Shown piece by piece: positions 47,606 to 57,794 of a stretch of 64,000 bases of DNA. Location of the stretch: IMG/VR virus record IMGVR_UViG_3300042889_002336; one strand, written 5' to 3'. Below the pieces are notes generated by a model, which saw nothing but the letters and a program-made list of their open reading frames with translations, searched no databases and was not told where the DNA came from. This DNA comes from an uncultured virus (IMG/VR IMGVR_UViG_3300042889_002336) (lineage: Duplodnaviria; Heunggongvirae; Uroviricota; Caudoviricetes). Positions within the stretch are counted from its first letter, which is position 1; every line of letters starts with the position of its first letter. Both the position numbers and the translations under genes were made by a program.

Positions 47606-48039
47606 AAGAAATCTTTTCTAAAATATCTTCCTTCTATATTATCATTTATATAGTTGGAATCTGGTTCTATTACTCCTTTTATAAATAGTAATTTATTTTC
47701 ATAGTATGTATGAAGCTTTTTATTTGGAGTAAATATAAGAATTTCTCTTGAGAATTCCGACTGTTTACCTTCTTTTACTAAGCCTTTTATTTCTGAGTGA
47801 GAACCATAATAGGTTTTCCAATCAGATTCTTTTCTAACTATTTTAGATTTACTAGCTCTTTTATCTGTTATTAAAGCTAATTCTTTTTTACCTAAAGCTT
47901 TTTTTGTAACAGAAATAAGTTGTTTCTTTCCTAAGTATTTTCTACCGGTTGGTAGATGTGTTACTTCATAGATAAACCCGAAGTTGTCTCCGGGCATATC
48001 TTCTAGTTCTTTAATTTCTTTGTTTTGATATAACCACAT
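47602..48039 (-). CDS. GIY-YIG-like nuclease domain protein
   Basis: GFIYEVT....GRKYLGKK, YYGS, F.REIL, E, YINDNI. Confidence 0.65.
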   Translation of the reverse strand: MWLYQNKEIKELEDMPGDNFGFIYEVTHLPTGRKYLGKKQLISVTKKALGKKELALITDKRASKSKIVRKESDWKTYYGSHSEIKGLVKEGKQSEFSREILIFTPNKKLHTYYENKLLFIKGVIEPDSNYINDNIEGRYFRKDFL

Positions 48040-48052
48040 TTTTATTTTGTTT

Positions 48053-51000
48053 TTATTTACTTTTTAGTAGTAAAATTTCATTTTGTAGTTCCTGTACTTG
48101 TTGGGATAGGTCTTGAATTGCCTTTACCATTACTGGTAGTAGGTTTGAATATCGAGCTTCTAATTTATCAGGATTACTATTTGACACTAAATCTAAGTGT
48201 TCTCCTATTTGACTATTCTCTTGAATTTCAAGCAAATCTTGTGCTATAAATCCTGCTGCTTTTATATCTTTTTTAGCTCCATCTCTAGTATCCCATTTAA
48301 AGATAATAGGTTTTAATTGATTTACAAACTCTATACCTTCTGTTATAGGTGTTACTTCTTTTTTATCTCTAATATCTGAAAGAGAGGTAATTGATGTTAC
48401 TTGACAACGAAGCGTTGTAATTGAGCTGTTACCTAGTGTAATAGTATCTGAACCACCTCCTATAGCATTAGCTCCTATTACAATTTGATTAGTCTCATTA
48501 CTGTTTAAAGCTCTGGTATTAGCTCCTAGGAATACTGAACTACTAGCCATACTCGCAATAGATCCATTTGAAACTAACCTACCTGCTTCAACACCAACTG
48601 CTGTGTTATTACTTCCAGTTGAATTCGATTGCAGTGCTTTGTGTCCAATTGCTGTATTACTATTTCCGGTAGTATTAAAATACGATGCCTGGAGTCCTGT
48701 TGCTGTATTGTTAATTCCAATTGTGTTACTATATAATGCTCCTATTCCTGTTGCTGTATTTTCACTTCCAGTCGTATTATTAAATAATGCACTAGATCCA
48801 ATTGCAATATTAGAAATTCCAATTGTATTAGATGCTAATGTTCCACCACCAATTGCAGTATTATTACTTCCGCTTGTGTTTGAGTACAGTGCTTGTAATC
48901 CAATTGCAGTGTTGTAGTCACCTGTACTGTTTGTATACAGTGCTTCTTTACCTGTTGCTGTGTTACCGCTACCGTTTGTGTTTGTATATAGCGTATCTCG
49001 TCCAATTGCGGTATTTTCACTTCCGCCTGTATTAGATCTTAAAGCTCCATCTCCAAATGATGTATTAGATGACATATTGCCTTTCCCATTGTTCCAAACA
49101 GTTAAATCTGTAGCGTTTGACTCTAACCATGCAATAGGAGTACTTGTTACCCCTGTTAAAGCAGAACCGTTTCCTGAGAAAGACCCTGTGAATCCTTGAG
49201 TAGCAATTACTGAACCTGTTACTTGAAATTGTGAACCTGATGCAAATACTAGATTTGATCTAGTAGTGCTGTCACTTCCGTTACCGATTATAAAAGCATT
49301 TTCAGCTGAGGATGTTATATTACTGTTTCCTACTACTGTTTGATAAGCTGCTGATGCAGTCGTGTATGCTCCTTGAGTGTGAGATGCAAATCCTTCTGCA
49401 CGTGTAAAATATCCTTCAGAGTGAGCAGCTGGTCCGTATGATACTGTTCCTCTACCTTCTGCATGTGATGATTCACCTTCTGCGTTATTACCAAATCCTT
49501 CTGCATGTCCAAATGCTCCTGAAGCAGATGTTTGTCTTCCTTCTGTATGTGAAAAGTCTCCTACTGCTACTGTAAAGTAACCTTCAGCATGTGAAGTAGA
49601 TCCTTGTGCTATAGTTCCGTTTCCTTCAGCATGTGCTCCTGTTCCTGTTGCTTTAGTACCTTCCCCTTCAGCATGTGAGACAGTTCCTGATGATGTTGTA
49701 AATCTACCTTCAGCGTGTGAATAGTTTCCAGTGGATAATGTATTATCACCTTCAGCATGTGAATAGACTCCTGAAGCTGTTGTAGCATACCCTTCAGTAT
49801 GTGATGCCTGCCCTAGTGAGAGTGTATTTTGCCCTTCAGCATGTGAGTAGGATCCTGATGCTTTTGCGAACTGTCCTTCAGCATGTGAACTGTATCCTGA
49901 TGCTGATGTAAAGTATCCTTCGGCATGTGAAAAAGAACCGTCAGTACGTGTTTGATTTCCTTCAACATGTGATCCATACCCTACTGTTCTGGTACCAAAT
50001 CCTTCTGCATGTGATGACTGTCCTTGTGTTATTGTTCTTTCTCCTTCAGCATGTGAATAGTCCCCTATTGCTACTGATCCTGTACCTTCTGCATGTGAAA
50101 AGTTTCCAGTTGCTATATTTCCTTCTCCTTGTGCTAAAGATCCTGTTACTCTTAACGATCCTGTAATCTGAGCAGATCCTGTAAATGGAAAAGCTGCTCC
50201 ACCTCCGCCGTTTAGAGCGTAAGAAGCTGTTACTGCGTAAGAAGCAGTCCCTTGTAAAGATCCTGTTATACCTTGGGTCACATTTAAAGATCCTGTTATA
50301 ACAGAAGTTCCAATTACTTGAAATGCTCCTGCTGTTGCTCCAGAAGCTGATACCTGTAGCCTATATCCTGCATCTGTAAAATCAGTACCATGTATTACGT
50401 TTCCGTTTGCAAGGAATCGAGTTGATTCTACTCCATTGGTTGGGTATATTCCGATATATTTGGTACCATCTGTTTTAATAGTTCCAAAAGTAGTACCAAC
50501 ACCCAGAATTAAATCTTGTAATTGGAATGTTCTTCCTGCAGCATATATGTCACCTGTCATTGTACCTCCTGCTAGTGGCAGGTATAGTGGAGCTGATGAA
50601 GCAGTTGTTGCATAAGAAGCAGTGCCAAATAATGAACCTGTTATTTGACCTAATACCTGTAATGATCCTGATACTGTTACTGTTTTGTTAGCAAAGTCTC
50701 CACCAATTAACGGTGTACCTGAACCTGAACCGATATAAAGTTTATCGTACTCTACCACTACGTTACCTGGTCCTGCTGAATTACCTATGTATACGTTATT
50801 AGATCCTGTTACTGTGTATAGTCCTGCTGCATTCCCTATAGCTACGTTATTATTTCCTTCTTTATTTTGAATTAAAGCACTAGTCCCTATGCCGATATTA
50901 CCACCTCCTGCAATACTATTCCCTAACGCTAAGATACCTAGAGCTATGTTAGAACCTCCTGTAGTATTATCCTGTAGGGCACCATTTCCTATAGCTATAT

Positions 51001-51334
51001 TACTATTCCCTGTAGTATTCGATATTAGGGCTGCATTACCTAAAGCTACGTTACCGGTACCGGTTGAGGACATGCTATCGTCAAATATATTATTAGCTAA
51101 AGCATTTACCCCTATCCCTATACTTCCAAGGTATGAATTATTACCCTTCAGCACTAATCCGTTAACTGACCCTGTTACTTCTAATGAACCTGTAATTTGT
51201 GCAGATCCTGTATAAGGGAATGCTGCTATAGCTCCACCGTAGTAGGATGCTGTTAAAGCATGTGAAGCTGTTCCGAATAATGAACCTGTAAACGATGTAG
51301 CTTCTACTGAATCAGCTGTATATTTTTTTGCCAT
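48053..51334 (-). CDS. Tail fibre/adhesin with 14-residue beta-roll repeats and C-terminal S74 chaperone
   Basis: Many SHAEGxxTxAxG and NTAxGxxALxxNTxG repeats; LSDIRDKK...F.WD..GFIAQD. Confidence 0.82.
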   Translation of the reverse strand: MAKKYTADSVEATSFTGSLFGTASHALTASYYGGAIAAFPYTGSAQITGSLEVTGSVNGLVLKGNNSYLGSIGIGVNALANNIFDDSMSSTGTGNVALGNAALISNTTGNSNIAIGNGALQDNTTGGSNIALGILALGNSIAGGGNIGIGTSALIQNKEGNNNVAIGNAAGLYTVTGSNNVYIGNSAGPGNVVVEYDKLYIGSGSGTPLIGGDFANKTVTVSGSLQVLGQITGSLFGTASYATTASSAPLYLPLAGGTMTGDIYAAGRTFQLQDLILGVGTTFGTIKTDGTKYIGIYPTNGVESTRFLANGNVIHGTDFTDAGYRLQVSASGATAGAFQVIGTSVITGSLNVTQGITGSLQGTASYAVTASYALNGGGGAAFPFTGSAQITGSLRVTGSLAQGEGNIATGNFSHAEGTGSVAIGDYSHAEGERTITQGQSSHAEGFGTRTVGYGSHVEGNQTRTDGSFSHAEGYFTSASGYSSHAEGQFAKASGSYSHAEGQNTLSLGQASHTEGYATTASGVYSHAEGDNTLSTGNYSHAEGRFTTSSGTVSHAEGEGTKATGTGAHAEGNGTIAQGSTSHAEGYFTVAVGDFSHTEGRQTSASGAFGHAEGFGNNAEGESSHAEGRGTVSYGPAAHSEGYFTRAEGFASHTQGAYTTASAAYQTVVGNSNITSSAENAFIIGNGSDSTTRSNLVFASGSQFQVTGSVIATQGFTGSFSGNGSALTGVTSTPIAWLESNATDLTVWNNGKGNMSSNTSFGDGALRSNTGGSENTAIGRDTLYTNTNGSGNTATGKEALYTNSTGDYNTAIGLQALYSNTSGSNNTAIGGGTLASNTIGISNIAIGSSALFNNTTGSENTATGIGALYSNTIGINNTATGLQASYFNTTGNSNTAIGHKALQSNSTGSNNTAVGVEAGRLVSNGSIASMASSSVFLGANTRALNSNETNQIVIGANAIGGGSDTITLGNSSITTLRCQVTSITSLSDIRDKKEVTPITEGIEFVNQLKPIIFKWDTRDGAKKDIKAAGFIAQDLLEIQENSQIGEHLDLVSNSNPDKLEARYSNLLPVMVKAIQDLSQQVQELQNEILLLKSK

Positions 51335-51348
51335 TTTATTTTACTTTA

Positions 51349-53604
51349 TTACCAGTTATTTTGTACTATATTTACCCATTCATAAGTTGAAGCTCCTGTT
51401 TGCATTGACATATCTACATAAGAATTGTTTCCTGATGTTCTATATCTCAATGAACCTACATTCGATATACTTGCTGCTGCTGAATTATTTCCTACTTGTA
51501 GAGAACCTGTTATTGATAAAGAACCAGTAAACTGATGTGTATCGTCTAATGTATCTCCAAATCTAGTAGATCCTGAAGAGAATGATTCAGTAAAGTATGT
51601 TACAGATGAAGATATTATATATTGCTGTGCTGTAAGATTTCCTGTTACTGTTAAGTCTCCTGCTACTGTTCCTCCTGTAAGTGGTAAGTATCCTGGTGCT
51701 ATAGATGCTGTTTGAGCATAAGAAGCAGATACCACACTTCCATTGTAATAAGAAGCTGTTTGAGCATATGATGCAGAAGCTACACTTCCATTGTAATAAG
51801 AAGCTGTTTGAGCATATGATGCAGAAGCTACACTTCCATTGTAATAAGATGCTGTTAAAGCATGAGAAGCAGATACTGCTCTTGAAGCTGTTACTGTTAA
51901 TGTATTTGTTGTAGCATTATATGAATATAAAGTACTATCAATATATATTGCATTGTTTATCGTACCATCTGTAAATAACGGATAGTAAGGTCCTGTTCCT
52001 GTTGGTACATCTATTACATCTATGTATGATGCTGATTGTGCATATGAAGCACTTAATGCAAAATTTGAGTAAGAAGCTGTTACTGATCCTAGTAGGTGAC
52101 TTGCTGTTGCTGCATTTGTTGCAAAAGAACTTGATCCTGCTTGTAGTGCATAAGAGGCTGTTTGTATAAATGAAGCGGTTGCTGCATAAGAAGCAGAAGT
52201 TGCTATGGAAGCTGTATTACTAGATTCAGCAAAAAAAGCAGAAGTTGCTATAGATGCTGTATTGCTATTCTCTGCAAATGAAGCTGATATAGATGATGAT
52301 GCAAACCCTACTGCTTCTGTATATGAAGCAGATATTGCAAAAGTTGCTGTAATGGCTGTTGGTGAAACAATTCCTGTTATCCCTGATCCGTCTCCTACAA
52401 ATAGATTTGCTGTTATAGTATCTGTTACTATTAAAGATCCTGTAATACTTGCACTTCCAGATAAAGATCCATCCCACTCTGCTGCTATACCTGTTAACCC
52501 AGATCCGTTTCCTGTAAATGATCCGGTATAAGATCCAGTATTAAATGAACCTGTAAATGTATTAAATGCTGTTAATGTTGTTAATCCACTTGTATTGAAA
52601 TAGGAAGCAGTTGTTGCAAAAGAAGCAGATGTTGCTTGATTAGAAATTGTTGCGTAAGAGGCAGATACTTGAACTGGTGCCCATGAAGCAGATAATGCTT
52701 GAGAGGCGTAAGATGCTGTTCCTAGTAAAGAACTTGTTATAGATGTAGCGTGTATATTTCCTTCTACTTGTAATTTTCCTAGAGTTGGGGTTGCAGTTCC
52801 AATACCTGTATTACCGCTTGAACTAATATACATTCTAGGTGTTACAAGTCCATTTGAGAAAAATCCTATACCATCGTCATATATTACTGATCCTAGTGCT
52901 GTAGTATTAAAACCTCCTGCTTTCCAGTGTATTCCGTTTGTTGGTACTATATCAACTCCTGCTACTGATTGTATCTTTCCTGTTACTTGTAGTGTTGATG
53001 ATACTGTTTGACTACCTGTTATATCTAGAGATCCTGTTAATACTACATCCTGTATTAATGGATTAACATATGATGCTGTTTGTGCACTTGTAAATGATCC
53101 ACTCCAGTATGATGCTGTTGCAGCATAAGAAGAAGATATTGCGTAAGAAGAACTTGCTATCGAACCACTCCAATATGAAGCTGTACTTGCAAAAGAAGCT
53201 GATGTTGCATTTGTTACAGATCCTGTAAAGAAAGAAGCAGTTACTCCTGTCAATCCTGATCCATTTCCTGAGAAAGAACCTGTAAAAGAACCTGTAAAGT
53301 TACTTCCTGATGCCTGGTATCCGTTTAGGTTTAGGCTTGTTAAGTTTGATCCATTTCCTGAGAATGATCCTGAGAATGATCCAGATACTCCTGATGCAAA
53401 TCTTAGGTCTACATTTCCTCTATCTACTCTAAGGGATCCTGATATATCTACACTTCCTGTAATTATTCCATCCCATTGTGAGGAAGCTGTTACGTATAGA
53501 AGGTTAGATCCATCTCCATAGAATGCAGAGGCAGATATGGATTGACTCACATTAAGTGAGCCTGATACCTGTACATCGTTATTAAATATATGCTCGTTAG
53601 CCAT
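51349..53604 (-). CDS. Ser/Thr/Ala-rich fibre-like protein
   Basis: ASYA/TAS and FSGSF repeats; shares modules with the other fibres. Confidence 0.72.
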   Translation of the reverse strand: MANEHIFNNDVQVSGSLNVSQSISASAFYGDGSNLLYVTASSQWDGIITGSVDISGSLRVDRGNVDLRFASGVSGSFSGSFSGNGSNLTSLNLNGYQASGSNFTGSFTGSFSGNGSGLTGVTASFFTGSVTNATSASFASTASYWSGSIASSSYAISSSYAATASYWSGSFTSAQTASYVNPLIQDVVLTGSLDITGSQTVSSTLQVTGKIQSVAGVDIVPTNGIHWKAGGFNTTALGSVIYDDGIGFFSNGLVTPRMYISSSGNTGIGTATPTLGKLQVEGNIHATSITSSLLGTASYASQALSASWAPVQVSASYATISNQATSASFATTASYFNTSGLTTLTAFNTFTGSFNTGSYTGSFTGNGSGLTGIAAEWDGSLSGSASITGSLIVTDTITANLFVGDGSGITGIVSPTAITATFAISASYTEAVGFASSSISASFAENSNTASIATSAFFAESSNTASIATSASYAATASFIQTASYALQAGSSSFATNAATASHLLGSVTASYSNFALSASYAQSASYIDVIDVPTGTGPYYPLFTDGTINNAIYIDSTLYSYNATTNTLTVTASRAVSASHALTASYYNGSVASASYAQTASYYNGSVASASYAQTASYYNGSVVSASYAQTASIAPGYLPLTGGTVAGDLTVTGNLTAQQYIISSSVTYFTESFSSGSTRFGDTLDDTHQFTGSLSITGSLQVGNNSAAASISNVGSLRYRTSGNNSYVDMSMQTGASTYEWVNIVQNNW
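51705..51855. repeat. 48-nt tandem repeat, about 3 copies (YYNGSVASASYAQTAS)
   Basis: gctgtttgagcata..acacttccattgtaataaga repeated with period 48. Confidence 0.85.
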
Positions 53605-53617
53605 GTCTTATATTGTT

Positions 53618-54253
53618 TTATACTTTTCTCTTAAATGCTGTTACTAGCATATTTATCTCGAAGTTTCCTCCTACTGCATTTACTGATAAAGAAGCAGATG
53701 TTAAAGAAGAAGCATTTAAGCTAAATGTACTATTTATTGCATCTCCTGTTGCTACTACATAATTATCTGATATATCTGCATGTCCTGATCTGTCCCAAGT
53801 ACCTAATAATGTACCTACTTTCTTTTCGTTTTCAGTAGCAGTTGTTAGGACATAGTCTGCTTTAAATCCAGCGTAACCTGCTGAGGCAGATATTGGGAAA
53901 GTCATCAGAGTTGTCACTCCTGAGAGGCTACTTGTTGAGTATTGAAATATATCTACTTTAGCAGCTGTTGTACTTCCTGTTGTAATAGTTAAAGTACTTC
54001 CTACTGTTACTCCTTGAAGTGATGTACTTCCTGATATAACTGTTAAAGATCCTGTAATAGCTGCACTACCGCTTCTAATTCCATTCCAGTTGGCTGTTGT
54101 TATACCTGTTAGTCCTGATCCATTTCCTACATAAGATCCAGAAAAAGAACCGCTAAAAGAACCACTTCCTTGAAAAGTAGTTCCTGGTTGCATTATTATA
54201 GATCCTGATACTACTAAAGGCCCTATTACTGTTAAATTACTTATTGTTGGCAT
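53618..54253 (-). CDS. Fibre-associated virion protein
   Basis: FSGSFSGSYVGNGSGLTGI / WNG.R.G.A.ITGSL module shared with neighbours. Confidence 0.65.
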   Translation of the reverse strand: MPTISNLTVIGPLVVSGSIIMQPGTTFQGSGSFSGSFSGSYVGNGSGLTGITTANWNGIRSGSAAITGSLTVISGSTSLQGVTVGSTLTITTGSTTAAKVDIFQYSTSSLSGVTTLMTFPISASAGYAGFKADYVLTTATENEKKVGTLLGTWDRSGHADISDNYVVATGDAINSTFSLNASSLTSASLSVNAVGGNFEINMLVTAFKRKV

Positions 54254-54274
54254 ATTTTGTTATGTTTATTTTTA

Positions 54275-56107
54275 CTACGGTACTCTTACCATTACAAAGG
54301 GTCCGTCTTTATATAGAGCTCCAATCGGTAATGACATTACCCCTGCATAGTCTTGTTGTATATCTAGTAACTCAGGCATAAATACCTTTACAGCATTCAG
54401 TGTTAATATTCTTTGTGCAAAATCTCCTTTTATTAAAGCGTCTGGTCTTGTTGAATTATCTATATAAAGCTGATCATACTCTTCTGATATGTAATCTCCT
54501 GAGTTTGCTCCGATGTATACATTTCTTGCTCCTTTTTCTAGTTTTGGACCTCCTGCTTCAAAACCTATACCTACATTTGCCTTACCGTCAATAAGGTTCC
54601 TAAATGCTCCTTTACCTACAGCTGTATTGTATGCACCGGTTTCTAGAGATGATAGAGTTTCTGCGCCTATTGACACATCTGCATATCCTTGCCTTACTTT
54701 AAATAAAGATAAGTACCCCAAAGCAGTCTCAAAACTCGATTCATTAGCTTTAGATAGTACTTGACTTCCTATTCCTGTTGAATACTTTCCATTGTTACCT
54801 CCTCCTGCTAGATATCCTAAGTATGACGATTCGTTTCCTGCTCCTTGACCTGCTCCATACCCTACTGCAACAGTCTGACTGGTTGCTGATTGACCTGCTG
54901 CATATCCTATTGAAACAGTTTGATCCTCTGCTTGTGATCCTGCATAAAATCCTACTGCTACACTACTACCTGGTGAATTATTTAATGTATTTTCCCCTAC
55001 ACCAATTGAATCTGTTGTTGGGTTGTGTATTTTAATATTCTGATGAATAGTTGTAACACCTTTTAGGTTAATGGTCGGTGAAGACCCTGATACAATAAAT
55101 GATCCTGTTATCTCTGCATTTCCATTTCTTCTACCATTCCATATTGCTGTAGAAGTAATACCTGTTAACCCTGATCCATCTCCTATAAATGATCCTGAGA
55201 ATATAGATCCTGATATTGAAGAAACTCCTGTAAAATTTACTGTTGTTCCTACTCCTCCTGATACAATTAATGATCCTGTTATTTGTGCATTACCGTTTCT
55301 AATACCATTCCACGTTGTTGATACTCCTGTCAATCCTGCTCCATTTCCTACGAAAGAACCAGAGAAAAGCGATGCAGACACCTGGCTATGTATAGTTACT
55401 TGACCAGTTGCAAAATCACCGTAAATAAGAGGTGTATCGTCTGGTATATTATTTATGTACAGTTTATTGTCCTGTAAGGGAGTATTTGTAATCGGTCCTG
55501 CTCGGTACCCTAAGTACAGATTTCCACCACCACTACCTACGTTTTCTGCTGTACCGTATCCTAAAGCTGTATTACTATCTCCTCCATTTAGGTTTATTAG
55601 TGAATCACTTCCTACTACTGTATTTGCTTCACCTGTTGCATTTCGTAAGGAAGAGTTACCTACTGCAATATTAAGTTGGTTATGCAACTCATACCCTGCA
55701 TTTTGTCCAATAAGTATGTTATTAGCGTCTAGAGCATTTGTTCCTGCACCAGATCCTATACTTAGATTTCCTGCTGCATCTATTGGTTCAAATCTTCCAG
55801 CTAGAGTTAGTATACTTCCATCAAAAGTAAGATACTGCTCTCCTTGAAGTGATGCTCCTCCAGTTGCTGTTAATAACCTATTGTTTTGATTACCATCTAT
55901 TGTTACTGTACCTCCTCCTGGTGCTGGTAATTCAACACTGTGGTATGTTGGGTCGTCTGTATCGTTATCGAACCATAATTTTAACTCTTTTGAAGTAGAG
56001 TTAGGTATATTGTGAATGGAACTTGAGAAGTAAACAGAAGAGAAGTTCTCATCCATTTCTACATGGGTAAGAGCTGCTCCTTTACTTGTTCTAAATGTTA
56101 TTGCCAT
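54275..56107 (-). CDS. Tail fibre-like protein
   Basis: MAITFRTSKGAALTHVEMDENF N-terminus; N.AVG..A beta-roll repeats. Confidence 0.72.
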   Translation of the reverse strand: MAITFRTSKGAALTHVEMDENFSSVYFSSSIHNIPNSTSKELKLWFDNDTDDPTYHSVELPAPGGGTVTIDGNQNNRLLTATGGASLQGEQYLTFDGSILTLAGRFEPIDAAGNLSIGSGAGTNALDANNILIGQNAGYELHNQLNIAVGNSSLRNATGEANTVVGSDSLINLNGGDSNTALGYGTAENVGSGGGNLYLGYRAGPITNTPLQDNKLYINNIPDDTPLIYGDFATGQVTIHSQVSASLFSGSFVGNGAGLTGVSTTWNGIRNGNAQITGSLIVSGGVGTTVNFTGVSSISGSIFSGSFIGDGSGLTGITSTAIWNGRRNGNAEITGSFIVSGSSPTINLKGVTTIHQNIKIHNPTTDSIGVGENTLNNSPGSSVAVGFYAGSQAEDQTVSIGYAAGQSATSQTVAVGYGAGQGAGNESSYLGYLAGGGNNGKYSTGIGSQVLSKANESSFETALGYLSLFKVRQGYADVSIGAETLSSLETGAYNTAVGKGAFRNLIDGKANVGIGFEAGGPKLEKGARNVYIGANSGDYISEEYDQLYIDNSTRPDALIKGDFAQRILTLNAVKVFMPELLDIQQDYAGVMSLPIGALYKDGPFVMVRVP

Positions 56108-56146
56108 AGTACTTTATTATAAATATCTTCTTTTAATCTTCTATTG

Positions 56147-57784
56147 TTAGATACCTCCGTACATAATATATGCTAAAGCATAGTAAGGCGGTAGGTTTTT
56201 ATTAGTACCTGATTCCCCTGTCGGTGAGTCTTCTACGAATACATTCTGCCCTACACCTGTTCCTTTCAACCCTGTCGTATTATTGTATATTTGACCACTT
56301 GTTGCTGCTGTAGCTTCTGCATCTCCTCCCTGTACCTGTCTATTCCCATTACCGTTATCACTGACGTTTGTGTTAATATTATGTGTGTGCCCCGGGTCTA
56401 CTATCCTTATATTGTGTGAATGCTGTACAACTACTGCATCTTTGGTACCACCGGTTGTTGTTGCTGTACCTGTCACATTAGTTGTTGGTGTTACTCCGTA
56501 GTTTGTAGTAGCTCCTATTATAAACTTGTCCTGTAGATTTGGTGTTACTATTCCGTTTATAGTTTGTCCATTACATAAGTACCATCCTGTTGGGATTGCT
56601 GAGTAAGTTCCTGACCAAAGTATAATACCTCCTTTTGGAATTGGTGCTGCATCTATCTTCTGTACTAGTCCTGCTGATGTTGCTACTAAAGCACTTGTTG
56701 TTGCTGCAGAACCTGCTGATAGTAATTTTATAGTTGCATTCCCTGTAGTCGTAAAAGAACCTGTTACAATAGTGTCTCCGTTTACATCCAATTTAGCATT
56801 AGGTGTAGGAGTATTGATTCCCACATCCCCAGCTTGGGTAATTCTCATATTTTCTGTCCCTACTGTTGCAAAAGTTAATCCAAAGAATCCAGATAAGTTA
56901 ACAGGGTTTGTTCCGCTTACTTTACTTAACCCATAATGTGCATAAGTATCTCCTGATGAGCCTGTAGCATAGTTATCCCAAACTCTAAAACCTATTTTCC
57001 CGTTTACAATTTCTGTTGAGATATTACCATTTACAAGTAGTTTTTCTTGTGTAGTACTTGTTCCAATACTTACTTCATCTCTAAAATACCCTCTACCTTC
57101 TACATGTATTGCTCTTGTAGGTAACAATGTACCTATACCTAATCCTACAGGAGTCCATGCCCCTACCCCTGTGGTTGTATTGCTTCCTATATTAATTATA
57201 AGGTGACCTGGTTGTTGTGGTTTTGTACCGAAGACCGGATCAGTAGGTATGTATGTTTTTATGTATAGATTATTGTTATTGTTGTTATCTTTTCCTATAG
57301 TACCCATAAAAGTAGATCCTTGGTAGAAGTCTACAGTAGCTTTCTTAGCCTGACTGTTACCGGAAGTGGTGCTCTCTAACCTTAATGTGGCTGGAGTAAT
57401 AGTTGAACCTACTGCATGTATTTTTGTATTGATTGCAGGAATAGTTGCTCCTATTCCTAATTGCTGTGAAGTAGTGTATATGAACCCTGTATCTGCATCT
57501 AATCTAGGATCTGTAGCATGTCTAAATTGAATGTTCCTTGGATTTCCTGCTACCACAAGTGTTGGATTGTTTCCTGTAGTTGGTTGTAATTCAATCTCTA
57601 CAGACCTAGCAGGTCCGAAATTGTCATCCTGTGACATATTTAGGTTTGCACTCCCTGTGTACCATAGGTAAAGTCGGTTAGTATCTGTATCTACGGACGC
57701 TGAATAGAAGAAAGATGAGAAATTTCTATCCATCTCATTATAGGTAAGTGCTGATGCTTTATTTGTTCTTAATTGTATTGCCAT
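56147..57784 (-). CDS. Tail fibre with tail-collar domain
   Basis: IPKGGIILWSG....IPTGWYLCNG...TPNLQDKFIIG and NLPPYYALAYIM; N-terminus paralogous to 54275..56107. Confidence 0.8.
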   Translation of the reverse strand: MAIQLRTNKASALTYNEMDRNFSSFFYSASVDTDTNRLYLWYTGSANLNMSQDDNFGPARSVEIELQPTTGNNPTLVVAGNPRNIQFRHATDPRLDADTGFIYTTSQQLGIGATIPAINTKIHAVGSTITPATLRLESTTSGNSQAKKATVDFYQGSTFMGTIGKDNNNNNNLYIKTYIPTDPVFGTKPQQPGHLIINIGSNTTTGVGAWTPVGLGIGTLLPTRAIHVEGRGYFRDEVSIGTSTTQEKLLVNGNISTEIVNGKIGFRVWDNYATGSSGDTYAHYGLSKVSGTNPVNLSGFFGLTFATVGTENMRITQAGDVGINTPTPNAKLDVNGDTIVTGSFTTTGNATIKLLSAGSAATTSALVATSAGLVQKIDAAPIPKGGIILWSGTYSAIPTGWYLCNGQTINGIVTPNLQDKFIIGATTNYGVTPTTNVTGTATTTGGTKDAVVVQHSHNIRIVDPGHTHNINTNVSDNGNGNRQVQGGDAEATAATSGQIYNNTTGLKGTGVGQNVFVEDSPTGESGTNKNLPPYYALAYIMYGGI

Positions 57785-57794
57785 ATTACTTATT

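Noticed and set aside
47602..48039. GIY-YIG protein as the mobility factor of the group I ribozyme
   Set aside because: It lies 46 kb away, is a short catalytic-domain-only protein without an obvious DNA-binding tail, and nothing in the sequence links the two.
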